Shown one piece after another: positions 1 through 9,970 of a DNA stretch of 64,000 nucleotides; within the stretch, counting starts at the first letter, position 1; each line of letters begins with the position of its first letter. This DNA is from an uncultured Acidobacteriota bacterium (lineage in GTDB: Bacteria; Acidobacteriota; Vicinamibacteria; Vicinamibacterales; UBA2999), in assembly GCA_963841905.1 (NCBI GenBank), contig CAWJEM010000023.1, forward strand, positions 984 to 64,983, read 5' to 3'. A program made the translations under genes and the position numbers. Below the pieces are notes generated by a model, which saw nothing but the letters and a program-made list of their open reading frames with translations, did no database searches and had not been told where the DNA came from.

Positions 1-1
1 G

Positions 2-1063
2 GTTCGCGCACAACCCAGCGCGACCGACGGTCCGGTCGGCCCCAGTCCCTACGACATCGTGCGCGGCTGGCAGCAGCCGTTCGCCGAGCACGGGTTTGCG
101 TTCGGCGGCAACTCGGGAGTGTTTGCGGAATCGCCGGACCGTATCTTCATCGCGCAGCGCGGCGAGTTCCGTCTGCCCGATCCCATTCCTTCCGGGTTTG
201 CGGGCTTCGCAGGCTCGATCATGATGAACGTCCTGACGGCCACCGATCGACGCGTGTGGCGCAATTGCCTCTACACGCTGGATGCGAACGGGCGGGTGAA
301 GGAACGCTGGACTCAGTGGGATCGGCTATGCGAAGGCTCCGACGGTCCAGGACCACATCGACTGCGTATCAGCCCGTACGATCCCGATCGGCGGGTCTGG
401 GTCGTCAACGAGACGTTCCATCAAATCTACGTGTTCTCGAACGACGGGCGCTCGCTGCTGAAGACACTGGGCGAGAAGAACGTGCCCGGCACCGACGCAA
501 CGCACTTCGCACGTCCGCAGGACGTTGCCTTCCTGCCCGACGGCCGAATCCTCGTGGCGGATGGTCTCGACAATCATCGCGTGATGATCCTGGACCGCGA
601 TGCCAACTATCTCGCGGAGTTTGGCGGGCCCGGCAAAGATCCGGGACAGTTCAACGGCGTCCATGCCGTGGCCGTGGGACCGAACGGCCTCATCTTCGCG
701 CTCGACCGCTCGGGCGGACGCATCAACGTGTTTCGTACGACGCCCGATCCGAAGAAGGTGGAGTTCGTGGCCGCCTGGCCCGGCTTCTCGCTGCCGCTGG
801 ATCTCATCGTCAACGACGATGCCGTGTGGATGACCGACCTCAAGCCGCTGCGATTCGTGAAGCTGGACTTCGAAGGGAATCGTCTCTACACCTGGCACGT
901 GCCGAGCGACCTGCCGGACGGCTATCTCGAGGTGCACGCGTTCTCGGTGGATTCAGCGGGCAACCTCTATGGCGGTGACAACCAGTACGGGCGAACGCAG
1001 AAGTTCGTGCCGAAGCCCGGCGCCGATCCGAAGCTCCTGATTCGTCCGCCCTGGCGAGGTTAG
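2..1063 (+). CDS. NHL-repeat beta-propeller protein (peptidyl-alpha-hydroxyglycine lyase-like), 5' partial
   Basis: The frame is open from position 2 with no stop upstream of GTG 59, so the 5' end lies outside the window. NHL-type blades are present, e.g. VAFLPDGRILVADGLDNHRVMILD and AVGPNGLIFALDRSGGRINVF. Stop TAG at 1061-1063. Confidence 0.7.
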   Translation, partial: VRAQPSATDGPVGPSPYDIVRGWQQPFAEHGFAFGGNSGVFAESPDRIFIAQRGEFRLPDPIPSGFAGFAGSIMMNVLTATDRRVWRNCLYTLDANGRVKERWTQWDRLCEGSDGPGPHRLRISPYDPDRRVWVVNETFHQIYVFSNDGRSLLKTLGEKNVPGTDATHFARPQDVAFLPDGRILVADGLDNHRVMILDRDANYLAEFGGPGKDPGQFNGVHAVAVGPNGLIFALDRSGGRINVFRTTPDPKKVEFVAAWPGFSLPLDLIVNDDAVWMTDLKPLRFVKLDFEGNRLYTWHVPSDLPDGYLEVHAFSVDSAGNLYGGDNQYGRTQKFVPKPGADPKLLIRPPWRG

Positions 1064-1080
1064 ACTGTGCTTGGTGTTGA

Positions 1081-1170
1081 GTTACAAGTTGCAAGTTCCC
1101 AGTTACAAGTTCCACGTTGATGAGCACGAACCGTTTGTAACTTTGAACTTGTAACTTGTAACTTGTAACT
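1081..1170. terminator. Long imperfect hairpin between convergent genes (putative bidirectional terminator)
   Basis: Lies between the stops at 1063 (+) and 1176 (-). The left arm GTTACAAGTTGCAAGTTCCCAGTTACAAGTT pairs with a right arm made of tandem ACTTGTA heptamers (AACTTGTAACTTGTAACTTGTAAC). There is no T-tract. Confidence 0.45.
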
Positions 1171-1175
1171 ACCCG

Positions 1176-3304
1176 TCAAAAGACCTTCCGGCTCTCCAGG
1201 TTCTTTTCAATCTCCTGCCGGACCCGCATGATTGGCCGCATCTTCTTCTGCGACGCCAACGCGAGCTGGTCGTCGACGTGTTTCGACCCCACACGCGACC
1301 AGTTGCCATAGCCAAGCAGCGCCTCCCCTTTCGGCGGACCGGTCTTCGAGAATTCGATCACCGCGTAGAAGGTGTCGCCGCTCTGAATCTGCGCCTTGCC
1401 GTCGACGAACGGGCCTGTGCCGGCCGTCCTGATGCCACCCAACGAGCCTGGAATGCCGTTTCCTGGCAGATCCAGGGCGCCCCTGCGAAGGCGAATGACG
1501 TCGCCCCAGATCACGTGCATCGTGTCGTACTCGTTCTCCAACCGACGGGCCTCGTTCTCCAGCAGGGCGGCGGCTTTCGCCGGATCCGCGAATCCACGTG
1601 GAGTCGTCAATGGTTGTCTTGGATCGGCAGGAACGGCGTATCCGCCGGCGCTCTGAAAGTTGCTGCCCGCGGCCTGAACGAACCGGAAGAACAGGAACGT
1701 GCCGTCGCTGGTCGTCTCCCCTTTGCGATCCCATTTGGCCAGGATCTCGGCGGCCTCCTTGGCCTTTGCACTACCGACGTGCCGAGCCGCGGCCACGAGG
1801 TCGTCGACGAAATGATCCGCGATCTCGCTGTGCGTCGACAGCTTCATACCCTTCAAGTCATCGAGCGAGATCTTTCCCGACTCTGACAACAGCCGAATGC
1901 TGCGTTGGGCCCTCTGGGTGAGCGACGGTGGCGGTGCAATGTAAGGCAGGAAGTTCTTGGGATCGATCGCCATCGGATAGACCGATGTCCACGGCGAATC
2001 GTTGCAGTTCTGAACCCAGCCGGTCGGCGGATCGATGACCTGTGGGAGCTGGTCGAACGGCACGATTTTGTCGGTCGAGATGAGGTCGGACCGATCGCCG
2101 GGAATCACACCGTTCCAGGTACCTGATGGTCGCCATGGGCGCGGACGGGTGGGGCCGCGTTGTACACGTACATGATGTGGCCATCGCGATCTGCGTACAT
2201 CGTGTGGAAAATTGGCAGTTGCTGCATGCGCATGGCGTTGCGCCATTCGTCGACGTTTCGGGCCAGACCCATCTGCCAGAACTGCTCGAACATCCGTGGA
2301 CGATCCGCCGGCACGACTCGCAACGCCACCGTCACGCCGCGCCGATCGGCAAACACCGGTCCGTGCACGGAGCGTCGGATGGTCAGCGGCTCGTCGCGCA
2401 GCGTGCCGTCCGGCTGCTTCACCTTGATGATCTGCGGCTCGACCTCGAAGGGTTTCGTCGCTCCGTCGAGGACGTAGCCGCCTTCTCGCAAGGTGAGCCG
2501 GTACACGTCGGCGCCGGTCGGGCCGTTGGTGGTCTGTGTCCAGCCGACGTACTCCGTGAACGTCTGACGAAGGACAGGGAACCCGACCCAGACGGCACCG
2601 TATGAAGTCACGCCCGGCGCGGTCAGTTGCACTTCGAAATACGTGTCGTTGTCGCCCCACGGAAGGTGCGAGTTGCTGAGCAGCATCGCATTTCCGGAGA
2701 CGCTCTTCGAAGGCGCAATCGCCCAACCATTCGACCCGTGCGTCTCCACTTCCTCGCGCCGCATCCTGCCTCGCAAGTTGTTCTGGCTGGTGAGCCAGTC
2801 GTAGTGGATGATGCGCAAGCCGTGCGCGTACACATCCTCGGGCGTGAGCGGTAAGACCGCCTTCGCCGAAGCACTCAGCATGCTCGAGTGCTCGGTCGTC
2901 CACGCGTTCAGGCCGGCAGCAAACGCCCGGATGAGCGGACCAAACTCCTGCGTCTGCTGAGACGCCCACACCTTGGCCTTTTGCGGAATCCCCGTCGTCC
3001 TCACCCAGCGATCGCTGTCCAGATAGGCGTCGCCATAGAACTCCGCGCCGCGGCCGCGCGCCTGGGCGTAGAGCCGCACCAGCAGCTCGGAATGCCCTTC
3101 CATTTGCGCGTAGCCGTAGGCGTGGAAAAGACTCGCGTGATCGGGAGCAAAAATGTGTGGGATCCCGTAGGTGTCCCAGAGGATTTCGGTGCCTTTCGCG
3201 GGAGCCGCAGCAAGGGTTGGGCCATTGGCACAGGTGAGCAGCGTCAGCCCCAGCAGGAGGGCCAGGCGCGAGCGACGCGTGAAACGTGGCTCGAGGTGTT
3301 TCAT
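1176..3304 (-). pseudogene. Penicillin/AHL acylase family (Ntn hydrolase) gene with a frame break
   Basis: ORF 2105..3331(-) gives the signal peptide (MKHLEPRF..LLTCANG from ATG 3304) and the nucleophile motif GSNGWAI. The C-terminal third (TWNGVIPGD..WVQNCNDSPW..) is in the frame of ORF 1176..3320(-). The frames switch at about 2110-2135. Confidence 0.8.
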
Positions 3305-3331
3305 GGCGCCCACCATACACCCGTCGAACAT

Positions 3332-3362
3332 TGCATAAAAGGGGACTGTCCCCGTTTATGCA
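3332..3362. promoter_or_regulatory. 31-bp palindrome TGCATAAAAGGGGAC-T-GTCCCCGTTTATGCA in a divergent intergenic region
   Basis: 15-nt arms with one mismatch, core GGGGACTGTCCCC at 3341-3353. It lies between the divergent starts 3304(-) and 3415(+). The same core recurs at 11154, 11305, 16820 and 16971. Confidence 0.5.
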
Positions 3363-3414
3363 TTAGAATCCTCGCGCTTCCCAATTCCGCTTAACCGATC
3401 ACCAGAGGTTCGCC

Positions 3415-5889
3415 ATGTCGCGTTCCAAGTTTCTCCTCCTGGTTTTCGTCCTCCTGTTCACGCTCGGCATCGACGCGCAGCAGCCGCCGGCCGCCACGAT
3501 GGCCGAACGGACGCGCGGCCTCGAGCGGACTGACGGCTTCGTCCCGTTCTACTGGGATGCCGCGCGCGGGCGCGTCCTCTTCGAGATCCCGGTGTTCGGG
3601 CAGGACGTCCTCTATTACGTGTCGGCGGCCTCGGGGGCCGGGTCCGTCGAGATGCCCTTCGACCGCGGCATCCTGTCGAGCATCGTCATCCGATTCGAAC
3701 GGTCCGGTGCCCGCGTGCTCGTCGTCGCGCAGAACCTCGACTATCGCGCCGTCGGCGGCCAGGCTGCTCAGGTCGAGAACGTACGCGACTCGTTTGCCTC
3801 GTCTGTCCTGGCGGCGCTACCCGTTGAAGCGGACGAGGCGGGACGCGTGCTGGTCGACGCGAGCCCGCTGTTCATGCGCGATGCGGCGAACGTCGAGGGC
3901 CGCCTGCGCGCGCTCAACCAGGGCGCGTTCCGCTTCGACGCCGGGCGGAGCGGCTTCTATCCGGCGCGCATGAAGGCGTTCCCGCAGAACACGGAGATCG
4001 AGACGATCGCAACCTTTGCGGCCGACAATCCCGGGCTGCTGGTCAACAACGTGACGCCCGACGGCCGCGCCTTCACGCTCCGGATCCATCACTCGTTCCT
4101 GAAGGCGCCCGAAGGATACCGGCCGCGGCTGGCCGACCCCCGTATCGGCGTCAGCGCGCTCACGTTCCGCGATTATGCGAAGCCGTTCAACGAGGGGACC
4201 GAGGTCGGCTGGGTGACGCGGTGGCGACTCGAGAAGGTGAATCCGGGAGCGGCCATGAGCGAGCCGAAGACGCCGATCGTCTTCTACCTCGATCCTGGGA
4301 TCCCCGAGCCGGTGCGCACGGCCATGCGCGAGGGCACCCTCTGGTGGAACAAGGCGTTCGAAGCGGCCGGGTACCGAAGCGCCGTGCAGGTGAAAGATCC
4401 AACGCCAGACATGGATCCAATGGACATCCGTTATGCGTGGATCCTGTGGATCAACCGCGACGAGCGCGGCTTCTCGAGCGGCGGCACCTATCGCGATCCG
4501 CGGACCGGCGAGATCCTCGGATCCAAGACGCGAATGGACTCCCATCGAATCCGCACCATCGGCAACTACTGGGAGAGCTACACGCCCACCGATGCGGGGG
4601 CGGACTGTGCCATGTTCCTTCCGGTGCCCGACTACTTGCTGGAGATGGCGGCGCAACCGCGCGCCATGCCCGACGCGGAACGTGACATGGTGCTCTTGAG
4701 GCAGAGCCTCCTCACCGCGCACGAGCTGGGGCACGCGCTCGGCTTCGGCCACAACTGGGCCTCGAGCCTCAACAATCGCGCGTCGGTGATGGAGTATCCG
4801 ACGCCGCGGGTCAAGGTCGTCGGAAACCGGCTCGATCTGAGCGAGTCGTTTCAATCATCCATCGGCGAGTACGACGCGTTGATGGCGCGCTACGCGTACA
4901 CCGAGTTCTCGCCCGAGCGCGAAAAGGAGGGACTGGAGGCCATCGTCCGGGACATGCGCGCGAAAGGCATCCTGTACGTTCCATCGACGGATCCGCGCTG
5001 GTCGTGGTACGACGATCGCGCCACGCCCAGCGAGTACCTGCGAGAGACGATGGCGGCGCGGAAGATCATGCTCGATCGTTATGGTCCGGCCATTCTCGGA
5101 CCGGGTGAGCCCGTGGGCGCGTTGCGCGACATGCGGCTCTGGATGACCTATCTGCACCATCGCTGGGCCATCGAAGCGGGCCAGCGCTACGTCGGCGGCA
5201 TGTTCCACAACATCGTCGTCAAGGGCGAGGCGCTGGCGCCGACCGAGATCGTTCCGGCTGCCGTTCAGCGCGAGGTGCTCGGCCTGCTGATGGATGCCGT
5301 TGAGCCCTCGAATCTGGTGCTGCCCGAGCCGCTGCTTGCCCAGCTCACGCCGCATCCCGGCGGCAATCTCGAGGACCTCGCCGGCGACTACGCGTTCGAT
5401 CATCTGCGAGCGGCACGCATCTTATCGGCGCTGGTGCTGGAGCCGCTCCTCGAGCCCGAACGAGCGGCGCGGCTGGTGTCGTTCGCCGATCGGCAGTCCG
5501 GATCGCTCGGCCTGCCCGAGGTGATGCAAGCGATGCTGACTCACACGTGGAAGGCGCCCCGCGACGCCGACGCCCGACACCGTTCGCTGCGGCGCGTCAC
5601 CCAGCGAGTGGCGCTCGACTCGATGATGATCCTTGGCGCCCATGAGAACACGACGCCCGAGGCTCGCGCGTATGCCATCGAGCAGATCGCTCGCCTGGGG
5701 AGCGAGCTCGCGACACGGAAGGACGAGGACCCGCTCACCGATGCGCATTACCGCCAGGCCGAACGCGATATCGCGCGGTATCTTGACGATCCCAAGGCGA
5801 ACGTGCCGCGTTCGGCGTCTGTGGCGTGGGGCGGCCGTCCTCGGTCGCGGTATCCGCTGCATCCGGGACCGCCGCTGGGCGGACGGTAG
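3415..5889 (+). CDS. Secreted zinc-dependent metalloprotease
   Basis: 824-aa ORF with a Sec signal (MSRSKFLLLVFVLLFTLGIDAQ) and the zinc motif HELGHALGFGHNW. The architecture recalls DUF5117/DUF4953-type metalloproteases. Confidence 0.85.
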   Translation: MSRSKFLLLVFVLLFTLGIDAQQPPAATMAERTRGLERTDGFVPFYWDAARGRVLFEIPVFGQDVLYYVSAASGAGSVEMPFDRGILSSIVIRFERSGARVLVVAQNLDYRAVGGQAAQVENVRDSFASSVLAALPVEADEAGRVLVDASPLFMRDAANVEGRLRALNQGAFRFDAGRSGFYPARMKAFPQNTEIETIATFAADNPGLLVNNVTPDGRAFTLRIHHSFLKAPEGYRPRLADPRIGVSALTFRDYAKPFNEGTEVGWVTRWRLEKVNPGAAMSEPKTPIVFYLDPGIPEPVRTAMREGTLWWNKAFEAAGYRSAVQVKDPTPDMDPMDIRYAWILWINRDERGFSSGGTYRDPRTGEILGSKTRMDSHRIRTIGNYWESYTPTDAGADCAMFLPVPDYLLEMAAQPRAMPDAERDMVLLRQSLLTAHELGHALGFGHNWASSLNNRASVMEYPTPRVKVVGNRLDLSESFQSSIGEYDALMARYAYTEFSPEREKEGLEAIVRDMRAKGILYVPSTDPRWSWYDDRATPSEYLRETMAARKIMLDRYGPAILGPGEPVGALRDMRLWMTYLHHRWAIEAGQRYVGGMFHNIVVKGEALAPTEIVPAAVQREVLGLLMDAVEPSNLVLPEPLLAQLTPHPGGNLEDLAGDYAFDHLRAARILSALVLEPLLEPERAARLVSFADRQSGSLGLPEVMQAMLTHTWKAPRDADARHRSLRRVTQRVALDSMMILGAHENTTPEARAYAIEQIARLGSELATRKDEDPLTDAHYRQAERDIARYLDDPKANVPRSASVAWGGRPRSRYPLHPGPPLGGR

Positions 5890-5921
5890 CGACGAGCACG
5901 GCTCATTCACAAAGGGAGCCA

Positions 5922-6180
5922 TTGATGCAGGCTGTTTGCTACAAAACCCGGGTTCCGCATGCCGGAAAAACACGTGCTCGGCTTAACGTAGTGGAACGCC
6001 GGCGTCGGCCCAACGCTGTGTTATCTCGGATTCCTCGGACGTTGGGTCCCCGCCCGACGCCGCTCCACCCCACCACGCAGACAACGCGTGGCGGGGACCC
6101 CGTCCCAGGCCTGCACCGCGTTTTTCTGGAACTCGGACGGCATGCTCCACACGGGTTTCTCCGCAAACAGCCTGCATCAA
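5922..6180. repeat. MITE-like nested inverted-repeat element (~260 bp)
   Basis: Perfect 18-bp terminal inverted repeats TTGATGCAGGCTGTTTGC (5922-5939) and GCAAACAGCCTGCATCAA (6163-6180), extendable imperfectly to about 45 bp. An inner perfect 11-bp inverted repeat pairs GGGTCCCCGCC (6044-6054) with GGCGGGGACCC (6090-6100). The element is intergenic. Confidence 0.5.
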
Positions 6181-6341
6181 GTCTCGGAGTGTTGTGAATA
6201 ACGTGGGTTAGCGAGGTCATTCAATGCTACGCAGCATTCTCGTCGCCGTCGTTCTCGTCCACGCGTCGATCGCCGGCGCTCAGACCGCGCTATTATCCGG
6301 AGCGCTTCGACTGGCAGCGGCGCACGCCCGATCAAGCGGGC

Positions 6342-7391
6342 ATGAACCAGGCCGCGATCGACGAGGCCATCAAGTTCGCGATCGCCAACGAGAACCCGGC
6401 GCCGAAAGATCTGGCACTCGCTCACGCCACGAGCCTTGGCGCGGAGCCGTTCGATACTCCCATCGGGCCACACAAGATCCGCGCTGCTACCAACGGCGTC
6501 ATCATCCGCAGTGGCTACTTGGTTGCGGAATGGGGCGATACCAAGGCCGTCGACATGACGTTCAGCGTGACCAAGACGTTTCTGTCGACGGTTGTCGGCC
6601 TTGCCTGGCAGAAAGGCCTGATTCGCGACGTCACCGACCGGGCCCGCGACTACATGCCGCCGGGCGTCGATCTGTTCGACGATGCGCACAACCAGTCGAT
6701 CACGTGGGACCACCTCCTGCGTCAGACCAGCGACTGGAAAGGCACCTTGTGGGGCAAGCCTGATTGGGCGGACCGCCCGGAAGGAAAACCCGAGCAGTGG
6801 GCGAATCGAACGTTGCACGAACCTGGCACGCACTACAAATACAACGACGTGCGCGTCAACGTGCTCGCGCTCGCGGCGCTCCAGGTTCTTCGCCGGCCAT
6901 TACCCGACGTGCTGCGAGAAGAGGTCATGGAACCCATCGGCGCGTCGAGCACCTGGCGCTGGCACGGCTACGACAACGCCTGGATCGACCTCGATGGCCG
7001 CAAGGTCCAGTCGATGACCGGCGGCGGCCATTGGGGTGGCGGAATGTTCATCAACGCCTGGGACATGGCGCGCTTCGGCTACTTGTTCCTTCGCAACGGC
7101 AAGTGGAAGGACAGGCAGATTGTGTCCGAGAAGTGGATTGAGATGGCGAGGACACCGGGGCGCGCGAACAACGAGTACGGCTACATGAACTGGTTTCTCA
7201 ATACCGCTCGAAAGCCGTTGCCCTCAGTACCCGAGTCGAGCGTCACGTTTCGCGGCAATGGTCAGAACATCATCTACATCGACTGGCAGAACGATCTCGT
7301 CGTCGTCGTCCGCTGGATAGGTGGCGGCGGCGCGTTGAATGACTTTCTCGGCAAGGTAGTCGGCGCCATTCGTCCCGCGACGAGTCAGTAG
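6342..7391 (+). CDS. Serine hydrolase, beta-lactamase-related family
   Basis: SxxK motif in MTFSVTKTFLSTVVGLAW. The first in-frame start is 6342. A Sec signal peptide (MLRSILVAVVLVHASIAGAQ, ATG 6224) lies upstream in another frame, so the true gene may be 6224..7391 with an indel near 6285. Confidence 0.75.
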   Translation: MNQAAIDEAIKFAIANENPAPKDLALAHATSLGAEPFDTPIGPHKIRAATNGVIIRSGYLVAEWGDTKAVDMTFSVTKTFLSTVVGLAWQKGLIRDVTDRARDYMPPGVDLFDDAHNQSITWDHLLRQTSDWKGTLWGKPDWADRPEGKPEQWANRTLHEPGTHYKYNDVRVNVLALAALQVLRRPLPDVLREEVMEPIGASSTWRWHGYDNAWIDLDGRKVQSMTGGGHWGGGMFINAWDMARFGYLFLRNGKWKDRQIVSEKWIEMARTPGRANNEYGYMNWFLNTARKPLPSVPESSVTFRGNGQNIIYIDWQNDLVVVVRWIGGGGALNDFLGKVVGAIRPATSQ

Positions 7392-7769
7392 GCGGAAGAC
7401 TCGCTACAAACTACGAATCACTGCTGCGAGGGTCCATAGCCGTGCCGACGCCACCGTTCCGACTGAAACGACCCACGAGAATCGTTGTCCCCGAGCACGC
7501 GGTCGCATCAAGAATATCGACAACAGAATCGAAGCTACCCCGCCCATGGAAATGATGGTGGATAGACTCCACCGACGCGGAGGGAATACGCGTGAACGGC
7601 GACAACGTCGACTATCACGAGGGCCGCAACGGCCTTCAGCAATTGATTGCTCCAGCCGCACCTTCGGTAGGCTGGGGTAGCTGCAGCATACGAGCGCCCC
7701 ACATTCGCGTGACACGGTGACGACGGTGCCAGGACTGTCAAGTAACGTCTGATCGACTAGGATTCTCAG

Positions 7770-8477
7770 GTGCAGAGCGAGTTCTCTCTTCGGCCGGGCA
7801 CAAACGACGACGTGATCTACACGAACGTTGTCGCGCGGAACGAATATCGCGTTCCCGAGGACATGTCAGGCGCGGTCGTGATCGACGTCGGCATGCACAT
7901 CGGCGCCTTCAGCCACTTGGCGCTCACGCGGGGCGCCGCGGAGCTGCATGGCTTCGAGCCCGAGGCGTCTAACTATTTGTGCGCTGTGCAAAACCTGGCG
8001 CCGTTCGGCGCACGCGTTCATCTCCACGATCGTGCAGTCTGGCGGTCGGACATCGCCGCGCCGGCGCTGCATTTCTGGCGCTCTACAGATGACGCGAACG
8101 CGGGAGGTGGCACGCTGATCTGGGATACGGACGGACCGCTTGTCGACGTCGTGTCATTCGATGACGTGGTTGACACGATTAGCGAGAACGGCAGACGCCG
8201 CATCAGCCTGCTCAAGATCGACTGTGAAGGCGCCGAATTCCCAATCCTCCTGACGTCCAACCGTCTCGGCCGCATCGATCGGATCGTCGGCGAATACCAC
8301 GAGTTGCGCGCGGAGCTACCGCAACACGTACGGCTTCCTGGCTGCGAGCAGTTCACCGTGGAGATCCTTGCGGCGCACCTCGAAACTTTCGGCTTCGCGG
8401 TCACTCTGGAACAGCAGGCGACGGCGACATTCGGCGCGCTCGGACTGTTCTTCGCCGAGCGCAGCCCGCGACGCTGA
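7770..8477 (+). CDS. FkbM-family SAM-dependent methyltransferase
   Basis: GTG start. Glycine-rich SAM motif VVIDVGMHIGAFS and an overall FkbM-like pattern. Flanked by roughly 380 and 450 bp of non-coding DNA that looks lower in GC. Confidence 0.7.
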   Translation: MQSEFSLRPGTNDDVIYTNVVARNEYRVPEDMSGAVVIDVGMHIGAFSHLALTRGAAELHGFEPEASNYLCAVQNLAPFGARVHLHDRAVWRSDIAAPALHFWRSTDDANAGGGTLIWDTDGPLVDVVSFDDVVDTISENGRRRISLLKIDCEGAEFPILLTSNRLGRIDRIVGEYHELRAELPQHVRLPGCEQFTVEILAAHLETFGFAVTLEQQATATFGALGLFFAERSPRR

Positions 8478-8926
8478 GGAGGCCCGCTGCTGGAGTCCGC
8501 CTGCCTCGAGCTTCGGTGCCCTCGGCGAAGCCAGCCGTAGCTGACTCACGATTCAGTCGAGCGGAGGAGGCTGGCGAGCCGCACAGGAATCGAACCAATC
8601 CCGGCCGACCTTCGCCCGCCCCGAATCACTCCTGACTGGTCGCCAAAGGTTTACCTATCCGTTCGAGGTCGCGGATCGCGCCGTTCGGTCGGTGTGCCAC
8701 CAGTTCGAGAAAATCTGTCGCGTCGTGCCGACGGAGTAGCAGGGAGCTCGCCCGGTCACCAACTGTCCGGCCTGGCAGACGAGCGCTGTGAAGGGATCCA
8801 AATGTGAGCCCCGGACGGAACGTCTCTTCGCGACCACCGCGGTTTCGATACGCGACTGCGGCGCTTCGAGATGCGCACCGTGTGGGAACGCCAGTTAGTC
8901 GTGTTCGATACTTACGCTTGGCAACT

Positions 8927-9943
8927 TTATTGAGTGGTTGTCCGCGAGACCTTCGGGGCCACGAGTATGCGCTTGGGCCCTGTTCCTCGGGCGAACTGAA
9001 TGTTCGTCAGGACCTTGCGCGTGTTGATGTCGATCGCCGCCACCGCGTGCGAGTCCCAGAGGCTCACAAAGAGGACTTGACCGTCCGGTCTGACCGTGAA
9101 CCAGTGCGGAAACTTGCCGACGCGAATCTGTGCGATCTCCTTGAAATCACTAGTTCGCACGATTCGCACGAGATCGTTGACGCAATCTGTCACCCAGAGC
9201 TCGGTCTCGTTCTTCACGAGCTGAAGCGCGTGCGTATAGGTGTTGAGGTAGGGCTTCGGCACTCCGTCAGGGAGCTGTGCGAGCTCCACGCGTTTCGTCA
9301 CCGCACGCTTTTCTGGATCGACGACCACAAAGCCAATCAGGTGAGAGAGTGCGGTGTAGATGATCTTACCGTCGTGAGTGGGCTCGAGCGGGCGTACGCC
9401 ATCGCTCGTCGGGATTTGATGGAGTAGCGACTGCGTCGCTGGATCAAACACGGCGACCGCGTTGCCGTACTGTGCGCCGACATAGATGCGCGAGCCGTCT
9501 GCCGACGTGTAAGCGTCGTGCGGTCCTTCGTTCATCGGGATTTTCTTCACGAGCTTCAACGGATCGAGCTGGATGATTGCAACCGAGTTCTCTCCGCGCA
9601 TCGGCATGTAGGCGAAGCGCCCATCTTTGGTCAGCGTCATCTGGTTGGGATCTTTGCCCAATGGGATCTGGGCCTCGACCTTTCCCGAGCGGGCATCGAT
9701 CACCTGGAAGTTCCCGGTGCGGTCGCTCCCGATGTAAACCTTCGATCCATCAGAGGACGTCGCCAGGCCGTGCGGGCGCGGGTCGGTCGTGATGCGCCGG
9801 ACTTCTTTGAACGTGTAGGCGTCGACTTCGACCAGTTGATCCGAGTCGCCGAGCGTGACCCAGAGGGTGACGCCGCGCTCCTGCGCACGGATCGCCAGAC
9901 AACATGCAACAACAATCGCCGCAGCGCCGAGGCACCTTCGCAT
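8927..9943 (-). CDS. Secreted YVTN/cytochrome-D1-like beta-propeller protein
   Basis: Signal peptide MRRCLGAAAIVVACCLAIRAQ from ATG 9943. That start is conserved in copy 2, whereas GTG 9970 is not. Repeated blades: SSDGSKVYIGS, TKDGRFAYMPM, SADGSRIYVGA, THDGKIIYTAL, RPDGQVLFVSL. Confidence 0.75.
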   Translation of the reverse strand: MRRCLGAAAIVVACCLAIRAQERGVTLWVTLGDSDQLVEVDAYTFKEVRRITTDPRPHGLATSSDGSKVYIGSDRTGNFQVIDARSGKVEAQIPLGKDPNQMTLTKDGRFAYMPMRGENSVAIIQLDPLKLVKKIPMNEGPHDAYTSADGSRIYVGAQYGNAVAVFDPATQSLLHQIPTSDGVRPLEPTHDGKIIYTALSHLIGFVVVDPEKRAVTKRVELAQLPDGVPKPYLNTYTHALQLVKNETELWVTDCVNDLVRIVRTSDFKEIAQIRVGKFPHWFTVRPDGQVLFVSLWDSHAVAAIDINTRKVLTNIQFARGTGPKRILVAPKVSRTTTQ

Positions 9944-9970
9944 GGCGCTCGATCTTACGCCAGGAGCCAC

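Noticed and set aside
1176-3320. 714-aa ORF taken as one protein
   Set aside because: Only its last ~310 residues are protein-like (the acylase C-domain). The first ~400 are an out-of-frame shadow of the acylase N-domain, which is encoded by ORF 2105..3331.
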